IMG/VR virus record: IMGVR_UViG_3300046791_000454
Span: 1-64,000 of that record
From: a virus
DNA: 64,000 nt
Reading direction: 5' to 3' (one strand)
The translations under genes and the position numbers were made by a program. The notes beneath the pieces were generated by a model, which was not told the origin of the DNA, did no database searches, and saw only the letters and a list, made by a program, of their open reading frames with translations. Position 1 is the first letter of the stretch. Each line of letters opens with the position of its first letter. Positions 26,305 through 35,909 of the stretch are shown here, in pieces.

Positions 26305-26564
26305 GGATCGCCCCGCTCGTGGCGCGCCAGATCGCCGAGCTCGCGGAGCCCGGCGCGCGGAACTACGTCGACGTCCCGAGATGGGACGACGATACCGGCG
26401 TCCGGAACCTGGCGCGTGATGGCGTCCTTTGCGTGATCAAGCATGCGCTTGGCCATCACCGCATCGCCGATGGTTCCGCCCACGGAGAGCATGCCGTTCG
26501 CGTGAAGGCGGACCGTGATCCAGGCCACGGCATCTTCGGGCTGCGGAGGAACTAGGCTACTCAT
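26301..26564 (-). CDS. hypothetical protein
   Basis: overlap-coupled. Confidence 0.55.
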   Translation of the reverse strand: MSSLVPPQPEDAVAWITVRLHANGMLSVGGTIGDAVMAKRMLDHAKDAITRQVPDAGIVVPSRDVDVVPRAGLRELGDLARHERGDP

Positions 26565-26985
26565 CGATCGCGCAATTCAAATCGAGCGCGACGCTCGCGG
26601 TCACGTTGAACACGACCAGGCTCGCCGAAACGGGGACGACGAGACCGCGGGGGAACGTGAAGATCATGCCGACGCCGACCGTCGCCGCGCTGTTCCAGCG
26701 ACGATGGTAGTTCGTGGGCGCAGTGGGGGACGTACCCCACGTGAGCGACGCGGTTGTCACGCACGCCGGGTCGCCTGAGTTGTCGCGCTGAAACGTCGAC
26801 GTCGTACCTGGAGTGACCCCTTGCGCGGCAGGCCGACCGATCCCGAACGAGCTCGCCGTGCCAGTGACCTGCACGAGGGACAGTTCCAGGACGCGAGCGA
26901 CGACGCCGGCCGTCGTTCGAAGTTCCCAGTTGGCATTGCTGATCGTGACGTTCGACGTGCGGAGTGCGATAGATGCGAGGCTCAT
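26557..26985 (-). CDS. beta-rich virion accessory protein
   Basis: AAGGA SD; Thr/Ser/Val-rich. Confidence 0.65.
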   Translation of the reverse strand: MSLASIALRTSNVTISNANWELRTTAGVVARVLELSLVQVTGTASSFGIGRPAAQGVTPGTTSTFQRDNSGDPACVTTASLTWGTSPTAPTNYHRRWNSAATVGVGMIFTFPRGLVVPVSASLVVFNVTASVALDLNCAIDE

Positions 26986-26994
26986 GGTGTTCCT

Positions 26995-27408
26995 TTAGGC
27001 CAGCTGGAGCACGCCGTTGGCGGCGTCGAAGTCGATGAGGATAGACTCTCCGTTGTTCAGCGTGAGATCGGAGCCGTAATCGTACCAGCCGATGAGCTCC
27101 TTGTTCGTCGCCGTATCGTTGTAGATCACGATGTACCGAAACGCGGCAACGGTGCCCGAGGCCGTGAGTGTGAGGTCTTGAAGCACCAGCTTGTAGGTGC
27201 CGCTCGTCTGCGACGAGCTCGTGGTCGTGATGGCGCGCGCGCTGAGATTCGTGTACGCAATCTCGGTCAGATTCGAGAGCTGCGTATTCGACGCAACGGG
27301 CGCGTTCGCCGCAGCCGTGAGCGCCACCTTGAGCGCGTCGCTTCCGAGGTTGTGGACCTTCTCGGCGACGGCCTCGACGAAGCTGTTGAATTTATTAAAC
27401 GATGCCAT
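26995..27408 (-). CDS. phage structural (fibre/appendage subunit-like) protein
   Basis: MASFNKFNSF...LKVALT...FRYIVIYNDT...LIGWYDYG. Confidence 0.75.
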   Translation of the reverse strand: MASFNKFNSFVEAVAEKVHNLGSDALKVALTAAANAPVASNTQLSNLTEIAYTNLSARAITTTSSSQTSGTYKLVLQDLTLTASGTVAAFRYIVIYNDTATNKELIGWYDYGSDLTLNNGESILIDFDAANGVLQLA

Positions 27409-27474
27409 TGGGCGCTTCCTTACACGGCAAAACGGACCGCCTTTTGAGGCGCCGCCCTACAGGTTGATCTGGGC

Positions 27475-27506
27475 AAAAAAAGGCGCCGCTCAATGCGGCG
27501 GGCGCC
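27475..27506 (-). terminator. intrinsic terminator
   Basis: GCCGC-ATTGA-GCGGC GCC followed by T7 on the minus strand. Confidence 0.7.
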
Positions 27507-27785
27507 TCAGAGGGGCATCGTTGGCGTGCGCTCCAGGATGGCCATCAGCGCCTCCGCCTCATCGGGCCGCTCAGCCCAGGCGCGCTTGGCGATTCTGGAG
27601 ACCAGCGCCGCCCGAGCGGGCAGCGGGTGATGCGTCGTCGCGGCGTAGGCGACCGAGACCTCGAGGGGCAGCGCGTCGACGTCCACCGCGTTCAGCGCGG
27701 CGGCGAGGTCGTCCAGGCGGCCGTCCCGCTGGAGCGCGTCGGTCAGCTCGAGAGCCTCCTGAACGAGCGCCAGAACGTCGGTCAA
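27507..27785 (-). CDS. hypothetical protein
   Basis: TTGA coupling. Confidence 0.55.
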   Translation of the reverse strand: MTDVLALVQEALELTDALQRDGRLDDLAAALNAVDVDALPLEVSVAYAATTHHPLPARAALVSRIAKRAWAERPDEAEALMAILERTPTMPL

Positions 27786-28345
27786 GGGGCGCCCCGACGC
27801 ATCTTGCCTGCGCGGTCGAGCCACTTGCGCACCTCGGCGAGGCGGACGCGCGACGCTTCGAGCGCCTCGGGGTCGTCGCACCCGGCGCCATGCCACAACG
27901 CGAACGGCGCCTCGGGGCAGGTGACCATCGAGCCCCGCAGCCGGCGCAGCCCGGTGCGGAAGACTTCGGCCCTCGAGCCGACGAGCCGCTCCCGTTCCTC
28001 GGGGCTCTGCGCGTGCAGCTGAATCAATCCGATAGCCAGCCCGTTGTCGCACCGCCACGGCTCAAGCCTCTTGGCTGCGTCGAGGCACGCGAAGCTGTCC
28101 ACGTCGAGCGAGTAGTCCGACTCGACGCGACTCAGCGCCAGTAGGACCAACGCACTGCCGGCGGTCGTGTAGCCTGGCAGTCGCGCTGCGTCGGGTTCGT
28201 GGGCGACGAACCAGGCCGTACGCGCGATGTCCTTGAGACGGGTCCGGCGTTCGTCGACCGACTCGACGGCGTTGCCCGGCTGCGGGCGCAGCGCGAGCTC
28301 GGGCGGGGCGGCCGCGAGCACGAGGGCGATGAGCGCTTCGAGCAT
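27782..28345 (-). CDS. secreted lysozyme-fold / lytic transglycosylase-like protein
   Basis: hydrophobic N-terminus; LALSRVES...GLIQLH. Confidence 0.6.
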   Translation of the reverse strand: MLEALIALVLAAAPPELALRPQPGNAVESVDERRTRLKDIARTAWFVAHEPDAARLPGYTTAGSALVLLALSRVESDYSLDVDSFACLDAAKRLEPWRCDNGLAIGLIQLHAQSPEERERLVGSRAEVFRTGLRRLRGSMVTCPEAPFALWHGAGCDDPEALEASRVRLAEVRKWLDRAGKMRRGAP

Positions 28346-28347
28346 CG

Positions 28348-29703
28348 TCACAGCGGCCTCTGGAACTGCACGGCGTACAGGCTGGAGCACTCTTCCGCAC
28401 CCGTGTTCGACCCGCACAAGTACGCCGTCGCCGGCAGCGAGATGGCCGCCGCAGCCGCTGCCGACGCAACGCCGTTGCCCGCCGTCGCTCCCAGGACCTC
28501 GAGGACCTGCTCGCGCGGCGTGTGCCGCGCCCGGATGCAGAGCGGCGTCTCACGGCTCCAGGTGAGCGCCGAGCTCACGGTGTTGTTGGCGCCGCCGAGT
28601 CGGAGCACGAGCTTCGAGTCGGCCTGCCTCAGGAAGAGGCGGTTGTTGGCGTCGAAGTAGAGCAGGTTGTGGTCCGAGCCCTGCTCGGCCGTCGCGTAGT
28701 GCGGAGCGAACACCTTCAACATGTCGAAATAGCCGCCGGGGGCGATGATCGACGGCGAGGAGAGGGAGAGGACGTCGGCTGCGCGCGAGGCGGCCGCGCC
28801 CGTCGTGGGGATGGCGCTGGTCGGGTACTTGCCATCTTCGATCTGCACCCACGCCGCGTCGACCTTGCCCTGCGCAGTGGCGAAGGCATCGCAGGGAATG
28901 ACGCTCACGTTCGCACCAGTGGCCGTGTAATTCGCAACGTTGTCTCCGCGGTGCCACAGGCTCAGGTAGACGATGCCGCCCGTGTTCATGGTGCCCGTGC
29001 CGCCCGAGCATCCCGTGAATGTCGTGCTCGTCTTGCCCGTGTAGGCAACCGTCTGCACGCCCGCCCCAGTCGTGACGTTCAGCGTGCCCGAGGCCGGGAA
29101 GGCCGCCGTGTCCGCGACGCTGATGGTCGTTTGCGGCAGGTTCAGGCCGTCCGACGCGGCCGCGATGGTCGTCTGCACGTCGGTGTCGGCGATCCTCTGC
29201 CCGCTGTTCGAGTTGACCGAGCTCTGCGTCGCTGCACCCGACGTGATGACGCCGTTCGTGAGCCACGCCGACATACACCCAGGCTGCCCAATCGTGGCGC
29301 CGGTCCAAGCCGTGAAGACGAACCCCAGGTTCACGGCGTCGGCGTCCGCAACCCTTGTGGCCTCGGTGGCGCCACTCGGCCCCGCGACATGTGTGACGGT
29401 AGCGTTTGAGGTTGTCCACGTGAACGCGTCGCTAAGCGGATTGCGGTTCGTCGCAGCACGCTCGACGGATAGACCCCAGACGGCGCCGTTCACGCTCCGA
29501 GCTCGAGCAGCGTTCGCGCCGAAGCCGGTGCGCAGCGTCTGGGCCGAGGTCTGCGACGTGCGGCCCGTCGTCGCGCAGGTGATGGCCACGCCGCTCGGCA
29601 AGTTGAACCCGTCGGCGCCAGGGTCGCCCGCGAAGAACGCGGACATGAGAACCCGGCGACGCCGCTGGGCGAAGAACCGCGCGGTTTCCTCGTCGACGCG
29701 CAC
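28348..29703 (-). CDS. head-spike/fibre-like protein
   Basis: GLSVERAATN...QIEDGKYPTSAIPTTGAAASRAADVL. Confidence 0.65.
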   Translation of the reverse strand: MRVDEETARFFAQRRRRVLMSAFFAGDPGADGFNLPSGVAITCATTGRTSQTSAQTLRTGFGANAARARSVNGAVWGLSVERAATNRNPLSDAFTWTTSNATVTHVAGPSGATEATRVADADAVNLGFVFTAWTGATIGQPGCMSAWLTNGVITSGAATQSSVNSNSGQRIADTDVQTTIAAASDGLNLPQTTISVADTAAFPASGTLNVTTGAGVQTVAYTGKTSTTFTGCSGGTGTMNTGGIVYLSLWHRGDNVANYTATGANVSVIPCDAFATAQGKVDAAWVQIEDGKYPTSAIPTTGAAASRAADVLSLSSPSIIAPGGYFDMLKVFAPHYATAEQGSDHNLLYFDANNRLFLRQADSKLVLRLGGANNTVSSALTWSRETPLCIRARHTPREQVLEVLGATAGNGVASAAAAAAISLPATAYLCGSNTGAEECSSLYAVQFQRPL

Positions 29704-29999
29704 TAGCTCTGCTCACTCCACCCAACGCCCACGCAGGTGATAGCCCCCGAACCGGCCACGGTTCGATTCACCCGGAGCAGCTGCGTGTTGTTGGGAACCT
29801 CGACCTGTTGGTCTGCGGTAAGCGAGCCGGTGCACGCATTGAAGTTCGTCTTGTCGATCGAAGATTCGATTACGACGGTCGCGCTCGCCGCGCCGATGCC
29901 GATGAACTGGAACCACATGCCTACGTAGGTGCTGCAATCGACTGCCGCGCCGGTAGCGGCGCCGGCAGGCACTAGAAGCGTGATGGTGTCTTTTCTCAA
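29703..29999 (-). CDS. small beta-sandwich virion protein (spike base-like)
   Basis: GAGGAG SD plus TTG; TAGTG coupling to the fibre gene. Confidence 0.55.
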   Translation of the reverse strand: MRKDTITLLVPAGAATGAAVDCSTYVGMWFQFIGIGAASATVVIESSIDKTNFNACTGSLTADQQVEVPNNTQLLRVNRTVAGSGAITCVGVGWSEQS

Positions 30000-30009
30000 T
30001 GTGGTCTCC

Positions 30010-31170
30010 TCAGGCCGCCGCAGGCGACGGGTCAGTGTCCGGTTCGAGACTGGTAAGCGCCGCCCGAATGGCGGCTCGCGTTTTGGGACCGACCACCGCG
30101 TCCGGCGTGAGCCCATGACGCTTCTGGAACGCGACAACGGCGGCCGTGGTTGCAGGCCCAGGAAGCCCGTCCTCGGCAAGCGGCGGGCGTGCGCCGATGA
30201 TGTTGAGCGCTCGTTGGCACCCGAGCAGCGTCGAGAGGTCGACGTGTGTCCGCGCGTGTGGCAGCGCCGCACCTGAGCACCAGGCGAGGAGGTCGACCGC
30301 AGAGCCAGCGAAGCGGTTGGCGTCGGCGTGGCCCGGGTAGCCGGAGACCGAGGCCGAGTCGGTCCACTGCCAGAAGGCCCAGCTGGGCCAATCGCTCGGC
30401 GTGAGCGGTGAGCCAGTAGTGTAATGGGCAAGCCACAAGTCGCAGCGTCGGGCCGCCTCCGCACGCTCCGCGCGAGGCAATAGGGACCAGAACCCTGGCG
30501 CCGTGTAGAGCAGCGGCCGGCGGGGCATCAAGAGCTCGCCGAGCTCCTCGACGGCCGTGAGCACGAGATCGCCGAACGCTCCGGCATCGAGGCCGCCGAG
30601 CGCCGACGTGGACGACTGCCATTCGACGTCGACCGCGAGGGGGAGGTCGACAGTGCCCGCGCGGTCAACGACCTCGACGAATCGCCGCATCTGCGCGCGA
30701 GGATCGGTCGTGCGTAGGAAGTGGTAGGCGCCGGTGAGGAGCGCCGCGTCCTTCGCACGCGCAATGTGCTCGCCGAAGGCGGAGTCCGTGAGCGTCATCC
30801 CCTCACTCGCTTTGGCGATGACGAACGTGTTGCCCGCCGCGGCGATGCGTTCGAGGTCGGCACCGCGCTGGTAGCTCGAGAGATCGACGCCCTTGGCCTG
30901 AGGTCGAGCTGGGCTGTAGTCCGCGTCGAACGGAGCAACCGGCGGCAGGCTCGTCGCGACGTAGAGGTTCGTGCCGAGGATGTGGACGCCAGTCTGCCCG
31001 GTGCGGCCGATGGTGTCGTGCCAGGTCACGCGCGCGGTCACGTATAGCGGCCCGAACTGCCGGTGCTCCTCGTAGCCGACGTGACGCTTACTCTTGTCGT
31101 ATTCGATCGACTCGGCCCACGCGGTCATCGCGGGCGTCACCTCGGAGTCGCGCATCGGGCGGTCGCTCAT
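30010..31170 (-). CDS. endolysin: GH25 muramidase plus peptidoglycan-binding domain
   Basis: GVDLSSYQ, KASEG, GAYHF, DVE, FWQWT; DGLPGPAT..AVVAFQKRHGL.PD.VVGPKT. Confidence 0.92.
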   Translation of the reverse strand: MSDRPMRDSEVTPAMTAWAESIEYDKSKRHVGYEEHRQFGPLYVTARVTWHDTIGRTGQTGVHILGTNLYVATSLPPVAPFDADYSPARPQAKGVDLSSYQRGADLERIAAAGNTFVIAKASEGMTLTDSAFGEHIARAKDAALLTGAYHFLRTTDPRAQMRRFVEVVDRAGTVDLPLAVDVEWQSSTSALGGLDAGAFGDLVLTAVEELGELLMPRRPLLYTAPGFWSLLPRAERAEAARRCDLWLAHYTTGSPLTPSDWPSWAFWQWTDSASVSGYPGHADANRFAGSAVDLLAWCSGAALPHARTHVDLSTLLGCQRALNIIGARPPLAEDGLPGPATTAAVVAFQKRHGLTPDAVVGPKTRAAIRAALTSLEPDTDPSPAAA

Positions 31171-31457
31171 GCATCCTCAAACTTGCTTCGCCAGATTAGG
31201 AGGTCGCGAATGGCCTGGGTGCGGTCGCCGTACAGAAGCTCGGACCGAACGCGGTCGCCCTCGCGGCGATGCTCCATGGGGCAGCGCGCGAGGCTCTCAT
31301 CGACAAGGCCTAAGATGGCGTCGTCGGACATCTTCCTGACGGTGGAAGACGATCCCGGTCGCATCGTTGGAGTCTTGCGGCACGCGCACGGCTCCGCAAT
31401 CGAGTATGGTGAGCCGCAGCGATTACAATACACCGTTTGAGCTCCCCGCTGTGTCAC
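31167..31457 (-). CDS. hypothetical protein
   Basis: GTGA/ATGA coupling; CNRC...CAC. Confidence 0.5.
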   Translation of the reverse strand: MTQRGAQTVYCNRCGSPYSIAEPCACRKTPTMRPGSSSTVRKMSDDAILGLVDESLARCPMEHRREGDRVRSELLYGDRTQAIRDLLIWRSKFEDA

Positions 31458-32110
31458 GCAACGGGAAACGTCGCGTCGCCGTGGTCGGCCAGTGCAAGCG
31501 CGAAGTCGTCGTAGCTCATGGCGAAGTAGCCGTCCTTGCCCCACGAGGTGCCCCAGCTATTACAAAACCAGACGAGCCGTGCGCCCGCGTCGTAGCCGAC
31601 GAGCTCCACCTCGTGGCCGCCGCGAACGGTGCCGCGATAGCGAACCACGCCGTGCGCATCGGGCTCGTCGCAACCTGTCAACCACGTGAGCCCCGAGATC
31701 CCAGGCCCGAGCATGAGCGCGCCGATGGCGTGCGACGGCGAGAAGGCGTGCTTGTACCCAGAGATCCAGCCACGCGTCTTCATGACCCGCATCACGGCGA
31801 GGCCGCTTGAGCCGGTGTCGAAAGGCGGGTAGACGCCGAGGATGTGGTCGTGGTGCGTCGCCTGGGCGTAGACGCTCACGGCGTCCGCCTCGGTCATGTG
31901 CCTACCGAAGGGCGCCGTAGAGACGCAGCCAACGGCCGCATTGCCTGTGCAGGACCCAAGCTGACCCTGGTCGAAGGGAGCCACGTTGCGCTCCCAGCGA
32001 ATCGTCCGGTGCTCCGCCTGCTCGGCGGGGAACGCGAGGGACCGGTCGTCGTGTGCAACGTGGCGGCCGAGGCGCGGGTCGTGAGGGAGGAAGCGCGACC
32101 GGAGAATCAC
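31454..32110 (-). CDS. papain-like (C1) cysteine peptidase
   Basis: DQGQLGSCTGNA, GGHEV, NSWG. Confidence 0.9.
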   Translation of the reverse strand: MILRSRFLPHDPRLGRHVAHDDRSLAFPAEQAEHRTIRWERNVAPFDQGQLGSCTGNAAVGCVSTAPFGRHMTEADAVSVYAQATHHDHILGVYPPFDTGSSGLAVMRVMKTRGWISGYKHAFSPSHAIGALMLGPGISGLTWLTGCDEPDAHGVVRYRGTVRGGHEVELVGYDAGARLVWFCNSWGTSWGKDGYFAMSYDDFALALADHGDATFPVA

Positions 32111-32787
32111 TTGCCGGCGTCCTTCGCGCGCTTCGCCGCGAGCCTGCGGTGCACGTCTGCCATGCTCGGGCGCCATGGCGCTGCCGTGCGCATGCCCCCG
32201 TCGCCGACGACCGTGCTGCCGAGCTTGCTGCTGTGCTCCGAGACGAGCTCGGCGATGATTGACTCCAACTCTGTGACGCCGACGCAAAGACCCGCGAGCT
32301 CTGGAGCCGCCAAGAGCCGCAAGCCCTCCTCGCAGACCGGCTCTGCCGCGTTGGCGATGTCCGCGGCCGTCTTGCGCTCGCCGGCAGTGCACGCAGCCCA
32401 CGTGAGCCCAAGCCCGCCCCATACGGCGAGCAGGCCCGTTGCCCACGCGATGCGCGCCACATCGCTCGGCGGCGGGGCCCTCGGCGACTTCGGGGTCGGA
32501 GGCCCGTCGCCCGCGGGGGCGCTTGGCGGCGCCTTGGCGGCCTTCACGTTCTCATGCATGCCCGAGCCAGCCAGGCCTGCGACGAGGCCCGTCAGGGTCG
32601 ACATGAGCGCCGCCTTCGGGCCCTCGCCCATGCCGAGGCCGTGAGCGACACCGATGGCGATGCCGCCCGCCGTCGAAAGGACCGGAAGCAGGCGATCGGA
32701 GACCTTGCCCTTGAGGCTACGGCAGACGAGGTAGAGGGCCACGCAGGCCACAAGCAGAACGGAGGGATCTTTCAGAATATCGAGCAT
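32107..32787 (-). CDS. holin-like membrane protein
   Basis: three N-terminal TM segments, LLPVLS...GLVAGLAGSGMHE; lysis context. Confidence 0.7.
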   Translation of the reverse strand: MLDILKDPSVLLVACVALYLVCRSLKGKVSDRLLPVLSTAGGIAIGVAHGLGMGEGPKAALMSTLTGLVAGLAGSGMHENVKAAKAPPSAPAGDGPPTPKSPRAPPPSDVARIAWATGLLAVWGGLGLTWAACTAGERKTAADIANAAEPVCEEGLRLLAAPELAGLCVGVTELESIIAELVSEHSSKLGSTVVGDGGMRTAAPWRPSMADVHRRLAAKRAKDAGK

Positions 32788-32794
32788 GGGGTCC

Positions 32795-33589
32795 TCAGTG
32801 GGGAGCAGCGGCCGGAGCCGCTGGAGCAGTGGGCAGCGGCTGAGCAGACACCCCGAGCCGGGCGGCAACGTAGCCAACGGCCAGCGTGACGACCGCGACG
32901 ACGACGAGCCGCACGAGGTCGCGCCGCCAGGTCGACGCCGATTCCTTCGAGCCGTGGCTGAGCGTGAGCTCCGTCTTCTTGAGTTCGACGTCCGCAATCG
33001 ATGCGCGCGTTGCAACGTCGACAGTGAGCTTGCGGTTCTCGGCGGCCAGCACTTCGACGGCGTGCTCCGCCGACATGATCTCGCGCTGCTTCGTGTCAAC
33101 CACGTCGTGCCGAATCAGTCCGACCTCGCGCTCGGTCTGCTTCTGCCGCTCGTCCAGTGTGGCCATGAGGACGGTCATATCGTTCCAAGACTTCCGAACG
33201 GCGTCGACGTCGGCGAGCGTGACGGAGCGCTCGCCATCCATCCGCCTCACGCGCGCGGCCACGTCCTGGAGCGCAATGCGCTGATCGCGAAACTCCTTCG
33301 CGATCTTGAGACTCAGCTCGGCGTGCTTCGAGTCCCAGAGCTCAAGTACGGCCTTGATGGCCGATAACTCGTTCGCGATGGTCAGTCCAAAGCTACCAAG
33401 CTCGCCCTCGATTGCGCTCAGCTTGCGGCCGTTGTCGACACCACGCTGCAGGCCCTCGATGAGGCCGTGGCCGATGACGAGCAGCGCCTCGGCCGTCTTC
33501 TCGTCCGCGAAGTCCTCGGCCTTCCACGCGAGGACTGTTGCGCGGAGCGAGTCCGCCTCGTAGCCGTTGCCGTTATCGTTAGCGGACAT
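32795..33589 (-). CDS. coiled-coil protein with C-terminal TM anchor
   Basis: heptads followed by LVVVAVVTLAVGYVA. Confidence 0.65.
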   Translation of the reverse strand: MSANDNGNGYEADSLRATVLAWKAEDFADEKTAEALLVIGHGLIEGLQRGVDNGRKLSAIEGELGSFGLTIANELSAIKAVLELWDSKHAELSLKIAKEFRDQRIALQDVAARVRRMDGERSVTLADVDAVRKSWNDMTVLMATLDERQKQTEREVGLIRHDVVDTKQREIMSAEHAVEVLAAENRKLTVDVATRASIADVELKKTELTLSHGSKESASTWRRDLVRLVVVAVVTLAVGYVAARLGVSAQPLPTAPAAPAAAPH

Positions 33590-33592
33590 GCG

Positions 33593-35908
33593 CTACCCAG
33601 CTTTCCAGTCGTAGGTGGACGTGTCTCCAGACGTACCCTTCACAGAGAACGAGTTGGCGGCCTTCGCGGTGAGCACCGGTTGCGCGCCCTGCGTCCCGCC
33701 GAGCGTACGGAACGATAGCGCGACGGGATCGTCGGCGAGGAAGTATCCAGCGACGGCGACGGGGGTGGAGCCCGTGAGCGCGACTTGGCCGAAGTTCGCT
33801 CTACTCGCAGCGTCGATGCTCCACGGAGTCAGGCACGACGACAGGTCAACATCATCGCCACGACGGATGAGGCACGCTACGGCAGCCGTACCCACACCGA
33901 TATCGATCGCGCCAATCGTGCGCACGCGTCGCAGAGAAAGCGTCGCGACACCCGAGACGCCGACCAACACTTTCACCCCCGTGTGGCTTCCGACTTTTTC
34001 GCCCACGTACTCGTCTAGGCTCACCTTGCCGGCGGTCAGTACGGCGCTCCAGAAGTTGTCTGTTGTGGTCGCGGTATACGCCTGAGCGATCGACAAGCTC
34101 GAGTCGGCAGTGATGGCCCAAGGTCCCGCACCGTCGCGCGACTCGTACCCAACCACGTGGACGTTGGCGCCTGCGCCATTTACGTTGATGCCGTACTGCG
34201 CGCAGCGGTCGGCGGTGAGTCCGTGGGCGATCAGGTGACCTCCCGCCTCGACCCCAAGGCCCGCGTTACCACAGTCGCTTACGGTGATGTCGGTGAGCTT
34301 CGCTCCAACACACGCAACGCCGTCCCATACGACGAAGGCCGCGCCGGTGCCGCCAGATCGGGAGCCATTGAATCGCTCAATGTCGATCCCGGCGCCGCCG
34401 TAGACGATGAGCCCGCTCGTAGTGGAATCAAGCGCGGAGCAGTCGACGACTGCGCCATTACGGCATGCTTCCGTGTCATCCACCGAACTAGGGCCCAACG
34501 AGATGCCGAGATAGCTTGCCGTCGCGTCAACATGGGCGACATGAAATTGACGCGACGCCGATACAAGAACCCCACCCCCCTGACCATTGCTTCCAACGCG
34601 CCGGACGCGCGAACGAAAGATGCCCGACCTCACCTGGTTCTCTAGCGCAAGGCCGCCGAATGCGATGCCGTCTCCGTCTACCTCCATGTCATCGAAGATG
34701 TTGTCGCGTCCGGCGATGTCGAACGAGCATACAATAGAGGTGAAAAAGCCGGACTCATTCGTCACCCGCCACCCAGTGACGCGGCAACGTTGCGCGGCCG
34801 AAATTTCGAACGCCCGATCGCCAGTGCCAGTGATGACCGCACCATTGCCAAACAGTCGGATGTCATGCGGCGTTTGAACGGCCGTGACCGTTTTCCCTAC
34901 GGCGAAGGTGAACTCAACAACATCGTCGAGGGTCAATGTGGCTCCTGTCTTGGACAGGATCCGAAAGGTTTGCCCTACGCTGGTCGCCCCAACTACACGA
35001 ATCCAGTCACCGACTGAGAACACGTCATCGACACATACCAGCGTGCGCGTTCCCAATGCTGGCTGAGTTGCGATGGTAGTCGCCGGACCAAGCGCAATGG
35101 CTATCGCGTAGAACACACATTGCGAAGCACCTGGACCTGGCGGCAGCGACGACACGATCCGAGTGCCAGGCCCCTGCGCTTCGATGGTCACGCCGCTAGC
35201 GTTGGACAGGTCGCAGACCGTATCCCACTGCCACGTGCCGGACAGCATGACGACCTTGCCCGCGTAACCGGCCGCGATTGCAGCGGCCTGCACACGAGGA
35301 GCGTTGTCCGTGCTCGAGAGCGGCGCGAGGTACGCGATCGTGACTGGCACGACGATGGCTGTGCCGCCTAGCGACAGGTCGAAGGCCTCGACGCCTGGTG
35401 GCGTGTCGACGATGCAGTTGACCGTTAGCGTCACACCCGCTGCCGGCCGCAGCGCGCTGCCAGACGTCACCCGGAGCGTGTCGCCCATGGTGCCGAGGCT
35501 GGTGTTCGTTGAGATGGTGGCGCCGCCAGGTTGAGACACGACAACGCCATGTGCGTAGAGCGCGGCGAAGGCCTTGGAGAGGCCCGCCTCTCCGCTTCCG
35601 AACCACGCCGCCTGGACGACGCGAGGGGCATTCGGCCCGAAGCGGACGGTGCCGATGCCGTCGAAGATTTGCCACGGGCCGGCGTCGATGTCGCCGTCGA
35701 TGGTCGTCGTCGCGCCCGTCGACGTGGTGATGGTTGCGCCGCGCTGGAAGCGCAGGCGCGTACTCGCACTGCCGATGCTCGCCGAGCTGAGGAACAGGAA
35801 TGGCCCGCCCTCGAGCATCAGCTCGCTCGTGGAGCGCAGCGCGTTGGTCACCCGTGCAACGTCGGAGTTGCCCGACGGTTGGAGCGTGCGCGGGAGCGGG
35901 ATGGTCAT
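33593..35908 (-). CDS. tailspike / beta-helix depolymerase
   Basis: TDNAPRVQAA start followed by parallel beta-helix-like repeats. Confidence 0.75.
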   Translation of the reverse strand: MTIPLPRTLQPSGNSDVARVTNALRSTSELMLEGGPFLFLSSASIGSASTRLRFQRGATITTSTGATTTIDGDIDAGPWQIFDGIGTVRFGPNAPRVVQAAWFGSGEAGLSKAFAALYAHGVVVSQPGGATISTNTSLGTMGDTLRVTSGSALRPAAGVTLTVNCIVDTPPGVEAFDLSLGGTAIVVPVTIAYLAPLSSTDNAPRVQAAAIAAGYAGKVVMLSGTWQWDTVCDLSNASGVTIEAQGPGTRIVSSLPPGPGASQCVFYAIAIALGPATTIATQPALGTRTLVCVDDVFSVGDWIRVVGATSVGQTFRILSKTGATLTLDDVVEFTFAVGKTVTAVQTPHDIRLFGNGAVITGTGDRAFEISAAQRCRVTGWRVTNESGFFTSIVCSFDIAGRDNIFDDMEVDGDGIAFGGLALENQVRSGIFRSRVRRVGSNGQGGGVLVSASRQFHVAHVDATASYLGISLGPSSVDDTEACRNGAVVDCSALDSTTSGLIVYGGAGIDIERFNGSRSGGTGAAFVVWDGVACVGAKLTDITVSDCGNAGLGVEAGGHLIAHGLTADRCAQYGINVNGAGANVHVVGYESRDGAGPWAITADSSLSIAQAYTATTTDNFWSAVLTAGKVSLDEYVGEKVGSHTGVKVLVGVSGVATLSLRRVRTIGAIDIGVGTAAVACLIRRGDDVDLSSCLTPWSIDAASRANFGQVALTGSTPVAVAGYFLADDPVALSFRTLGGTQGAQPVLTAKAANSFSVKGTSGDTSTYDWKAG

Positions 35909-35909
35909 G

